64,000 nt of DNA from Vairimorpha necatrix (Eukaryota), in contig CP142731.1 in NCBI GenBank assembly GCA_036630325.1, forward strand, positions 1,178,001 through 1,242,000. Direction: 5' to 3'. Of the stretch, positions 60,365 to 64,000 are shown piece by piece; the stretch's first letter is position 1; each line of letters starts with the position of its first letter. Under the pieces are notes generated by a model. That model saw only the letters and a list, made by a program, of their open reading frames with translations. It did not search any database and was not told where the DNA came from. The translations under genes and the position numbers were made by a program.

Positions 60365-63300
60365 ATGGTGGTAACGGTGAAGAGGATATGAAAGATGAAA
60401 TCGATGAAATCTGTTCCTATGTGAAAAAACTGAGTCTACAAAACAGATGGACAGAATTTACCGGCGAAGATCTAAGTAAAGCCGAAGACTTTCTCTCCCA
60501 GTTTAGAGAAGTAGAAGATATCTATGAGCAAGCCAAGACGCTGGATATCGTAAAGTCCAAACTAAAAGGAAAAGCGTTGCGATGGTATAAGGCCTTCGAA
60601 GGTGAGGAGATAACAGATTTCGATACATTCAAATCCCAATTTCATAAGAAATACATAAAAGAAAAACTACTTGAAGATGTAACTGATAAGTTTATGCACT
60701 TGTACGTACAAGGTCCAAAGGAAAGCGATATCATGAGTTACGCTTACGACCTCAAGAGTTGTGCAAAGAAAAGCACTGAATACTTTAACCGATCAAAGAT
60801 TGCGATAGGAAGAAACTCCCCAGATACGTTGAAGGAATCTATATTAGACACCAAGGACTGGATAGAGTTATTAGATCTGGTAGAAGAAAAGGAAACTTTT
60901 ATGAATAATTATCTAAAAAAGAAAACCAAGTGGCCCAAAATTCCACGTAACGAAGCACCCTTGCAGGAAAAGAAAGTGATTAAAACTTTCACAAAGAAGG
61001 CAGAAGAAGGAAATACTGCATTACTCCTGAAGGTAGGAAGAGTGGATAAATCGAAAACTAAAGACATGCGACCAAGAATTAAACTATATTCCGAAAAAGA
61101 AATTATTTCCGCACTAATCGACACAGGTGCCCAAATTAACCTGATTAGTAAAAACACTATCCAACGCCTGGGCCTAGAAACAACAAATGTCAGTCTAAAC
61201 ATTGAAGGAGTAGGAGGAAGTGTAAGATCAGAAAAAAAGGTGGAATTCATGATTAAAAAACCTAAAAACAAGAAGAGCAACAGAGTGGAGGCTTATGTAG
61301 TTGAGAACTTGCCAGAAGACCTCATTATAGGTATTGGAGATGCCGTTTCACTAAACTTGTTAAAGATGCTTAATAAAATGGAAAGCGCTGTTATAACGAA
61401 ATCAGTATGTACAACAACGTCAGTTAATAATGAAACACTTATAACTGATGTCGGAGATGAAACATTACTACAAGTTGAAAAAGAAAAGTTCAATAAACTT
61501 ATTACGGAGTATTCAGAAATTTTTTTAAATGGAGATCAACAATCAAGTCTAGACATTGAACATGCTATAGAAATAACAAATGACGTCTCTGAAATAAAAA
61601 ATATTCAATATAGAAGGTCTCCGGACCAAAATATGATCATAGAAGAAAAAGTTCAGGAGTTTTTGAAGAAAGGAGTTATCGAAAGCAGCGATTCAGATTA
61701 TACATCCCCAGTTGTATTAGTCAAGAAACCGGACGGCGATCTAAGATTTTGCATTGATTATAGGAGACTGAACAAAATCACTAAGAAAATGATTTACCCC
61801 ATACCTCTTATAGAAGAAACTATTGAAGAGCTACAAGGAGCGTCTATATTTACTGTATTAGATTTAGAATCGGGATATCATCAAATAAGAATCCGACAAA
61901 AAGATAGATATCTTACATCTTTTAGAAGCAGATCAGGGACTTTTCAGTGGGTTAGGATGCCATTCGGGCTTGTAAATGCGCCCTTTACTTTCCAAAAGAT
62001 AATGAATTCAATACTATCTCCTCATTTACATAAATTTGTACAAGTATACTTAGATGATATAATGATATATTCAAGATCGGTTAAAGAACATCTAGAACAC
62101 ACGGAAGCAGTGTTTAAAATATTAGACAAATTAAAACTGAAAGTCAATCAAAAAAAATGCAAGATTGCTAAAAATTCAGTAAAATTCTTAGGTTATATGA
62201 TAAACAAAGATGGAATAAGCATACCATTAGAACAACAAACCAAATGTTTACGACTTAAAGTTCCGAAAACTCTCAAAGAAACTAGGGCCTTTATCGGATT
62301 TATTAATTACTTTAGGAAATTTATAAAAAACTACACAGATATAATGGCCCCGATTTATGAATGCTTGAAAAAAGGAAAATTTGAGTTTTCTGAAAGCGCT
62401 AAACAAAGTGTAACCAAAATAAAAGAGATTATCACGAGCTCTCCAGTCCTTAAACTACCAGATTTTAACAGAAAGTTTATTTTATATACAGATGCATCTA
62501 ATTTATACATAGGAGCAACACTAATGCAGGAATACGAGGGAATAGAAATGCCAGTATATTTTATATCAAGGAAATTAAATACGGCAGAAATCAACTATAC
62601 AGTAACCGAAAAAGAGTGTCTTGCTATAATATGGAGCATAACACAATTCAGAATATATCTTACAAATACATTTATAATCCGTACAGACCACCAAGCGCTT
62701 AAATGGCTACTGAGTTTTAAAGAGAGTACAGGGAGATTAATGAGATGGATTCTAACTTTAGAAAATTACTCTTACGAAATTGAGTATATTAAAGGAAAAG
62801 ATAATGTAATTGCAGATGGATTAACCAGATTTGTCCATACAGTAAATAAGGACCAGGCTGATGAACTATCCGTTTCAGAAAAAAAAGAACTTATTCTAAA
62901 GTGTCACGAAGAATGTGGGCATGGGAGTATATTTCCAACATACACGCTAATCCTCCAGAAAGCGCAATGGAAAGGTATTTACGCAGATATAAGAAAAGAA
63001 ATAGAAAATTGCCAAGTATGTCTGAAATTTAATCCTAAAAGAATACCCAAAGAGTATCATAGGATTCAACTGAAAGAACCATTTTCTCTAGTTGGTATCG
63101 ACATAGTAGGCCCATTGCCTAAGTCAGAAAATGGAAAGATTTATATAATTGTAGCTACCGATTACATTACTAGATGGTGTGAAGCTAAGGCCGTGAAGAA
63201 TAAAACAGCCAAAACAGTAGCCAAATTTATTTTTGAAGAGATCATATGCAGACATGGTCCACCGAACGAACTACTTTCAGATAGGGGACTCGAATTTTTG

Positions 63301-63378
63301 AACTCTACAGTAAAAGAATTATGTAGAATTTTTGGATCTAGTTTGTTATACGCCCTATCCGGGCGTATAACAAACTAG
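60295..63378 (+). CDS. Gag-Pol polyprotein (single ORF), truncated within integrase
   Basis: Gag-like KLKGKALRWY, protease LIDTGA, RT YLDD, RNase H, integrase HHCC and first two Asp. The final GSSLLYALSGRITN* is read from the inserted Merlin end. Alternative start at 60388. Confidence 0.9.
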   Translation: MKKLNKTLSKTNSSRTAGQPVVHNGGNGEEDMKDEIDEICSYVKKLSLQNRWTEFTGEDLSKAEDFLSQFREVEDIYEQAKTLDIVKSKLKGKALRWYKAFEGEEITDFDTFKSQFHKKYIKEKLLEDVTDKFMHLYVQGPKESDIMSYAYDLKSCAKKSTEYFNRSKIAIGRNSPDTLKESILDTKDWIELLDLVEEKETFMNNYLKKKTKWPKIPRNEAPLQEKKVIKTFTKKAEEGNTALLLKVGRVDKSKTKDMRPRIKLYSEKEIISALIDTGAQINLISKNTIQRLGLETTNVSLNIEGVGGSVRSEKKVEFMIKKPKNKKSNRVEAYVVENLPEDLIIGIGDAVSLNLLKMLNKMESAVITKSVCTTTSVNNETLITDVGDETLLQVEKEKFNKLITEYSEIFLNGDQQSSLDIEHAIEITNDVSEIKNIQYRRSPDQNMIIEEKVQEFLKKGVIESSDSDYTSPVVLVKKPDGDLRFCIDYRRLNKITKKMIYPIPLIEETIEELQGASIFTVLDLESGYHQIRIRQKDRYLTSFRSRSGTFQWVRMPFGLVNAPFTFQKIMNSILSPHLHKFVQVYLDDIMIYSRSVKEHLEHTEAVFKILDKLKLKVNQKKCKIAKNSVKFLGYMINKDGISIPLEQQTKCLRLKVPKTLKETRAFIGFINYFRKFIKNYTDIMAPIYECLKKGKFEFSESAKQSVTKIKEIITSSPVLKLPDFNRKFILYTDASNLYIGATLMQEYEGIEMPVYFISRKLNTAEINYTVTEKECLAIIWSITQFRIYLTNTFIIRTDHQALKWLLSFKESTGRLMRWILTLENYSYEIEYIKGKDNVIADGLTRFVHTVNKDQADELSVSEKKELILKCHEECGHGSIFPTYTLILQKAQWKGIYADIRKEIENCQVCLKFNPKRIPKEYHRIQLKEPFSLVGIDIVGPLPKSENGKIYIIVATDYITRWCEAKAVKNKTAKTVAKFIFEEIICRHGPPNELLSDRGLEFLNSTVKELCRIFGSSLLYALSGRITN
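60366..60379 (+). promoter_or_regulatory. Primer-binding site, probably tRNA-Leu
   Basis: TGGTGGTAACGGTG lies 1 nt after the LTR and resembles the complement of the eukaryotic tRNA-Leu 3' end (TGGTGGCAGCGGTG). Confidence 0.7.
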
Positions 63379-64000
63379 GTTTTTAAAAATTTACCCTCAT
63401 GAGAACGGGTGTGTCGCAGTTTGAAAGTTACGTACAAATCCGTAGAATGCCACCTAGAGAGATGATTTCTGTTCTGCGAGAACAAAACCTTCTTTTGACC
63501 AGTATGTCCTGTTCTGAGTGTTCATCTGGCATGGTTGAGAGATCAAAGAAAGGCCCGGACCTCATATGCTGGACTTGTGATAATAAAGTGTGCAGGCTCT
63601 ACAGAAGCACAAAGAGCATTAGAACTGGATCGTTTTTTGAGGGATTTAAATTGCCATTGTCCGAGATCTACGCTATGATTATGCTTTGGAGCAAGGGAAA
63701 ACAGATTAAAGAGATCATTTCTGAGCATGGATTTAGAAGAAACAGCATCGTGGCAATTATAAACAAGTTGAGAACTATTCTTAAAGGATACTTCGAGGCT
63801 GATTCTATGAGATTGGGAGGTCCAGGTATTGTTTGCCAGATCGACGAAAGCCAGTTCGTCCACAAGATCAAACATCATCATGGCAGAGCACCATCAAGTG
63901 ATGTGTGGGTTTTTGGGATCGCAGACACCTCTTTCTCTCCTGCGAAGTGCTATATGGAGATTGTTCCCAATCGAACAGCTGCTGTTTTACTTCCGATCAT
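63334..64000 (+). mobile_element. Merlin DNA transposon 3, left part (runs off the window)
   Basis: Starts GGATCTAG at the point where pol homology ends; terminal 18-bp hairpin, then a transposase ORF. Confidence 0.88.
63399..64000 (+). CDS. Merlin/IS1595-like transposase, 3'-partial (absent from the ORF track)
   Basis: CCCTC-ATG, then open to the window end: CSEC...WTC...SIRTGSFFE, LGGPGIVCQIDES, HHHGRAP...WVFG, EIVPNRTAAVLLPI. Confidence 0.9.
   Translation, partial: MRTGVSQFESYVQIRRMPPREMISVLREQNLLLTSMSCSECSSGMVERSKKGPDLICWTCDNKVCRLYRSTKSIRTGSFFEGFKLPLSEIYAMIMLWSKGKQIKEIISEHGFRRNSIVAIINKLRTILKGYFEADSMRLGGPGIVCQIDESQFVHKIKHHHGRAPSSDVWVFGIADTSFSPAKCYMEIVPNRTAAVLLPI

Larger units (their letters stand above)
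60139..63333 (+). mobile_element. Ty3/Gypsy LTR retrotransposon B, interrupted in integrase by Merlin 3
   Basis: 5' LTR, PBS and a single gag-pol ORF closely related to element A. Homology to A stops at ...ELCRIF (63333). Confidence 0.95.

Noticed and set aside
670-63881. Numerous short ORFs antisense to or overlapping real genes and TEs (e.g. 670, 2425, 16280, 16970, 19056, 35003, 52071, 60909, 63543)
   Set aside because: Shadow frames with non-ATG starts or F/I/L-rich low-complexity composition and no CCC start context.

Overview
AT-rich eukaryotic DNA with compact, apparently intronless genes preceded by CCC/GGG motifs just upstream of the ATG. This fits a microsporidian, probably Nosema/Vairimorpha-like (inference). 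A gene-dense core (~15.8-35.3 kb) holds two Mpp10 fragments, RPL8, a Bet1-like SNARE, Kin17-like, DNA2, LC8, DUF866, two homeobox genes, class I aldolase, UBX, a BRCT-like gene and a C2H2 factor. The flanks are gene-sparse and TE-rich: two related Ty3/Gypsy elements, three RLE-type non-LTR fragments, three Merlin (IS1595-like) transposons, two Merlin-like non-autonomous elements and two copies of an ~790-nt tRNA-headed, poly(A)-tailed SINE-like element. They also carry lineage-specific putatively secreted genes, a duplicated SEC11 and a stand-alone HECT ligase with a signal-peptide-like N-terminus. Top leads: (1) the long, structurally constrained tRNA-headed mobile RNA; (2) Mpp10 apparently split into two tail-to-tail genes; (3) a putative secreted HECT E3; (4) Gypsy LTRs built of covarying hairpins that seem to contain the Gag start; (5) a divergent homeobox pair around a ~90-bp repeat array. 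All homology calls come from recognising motifs by eye; no searches were run.
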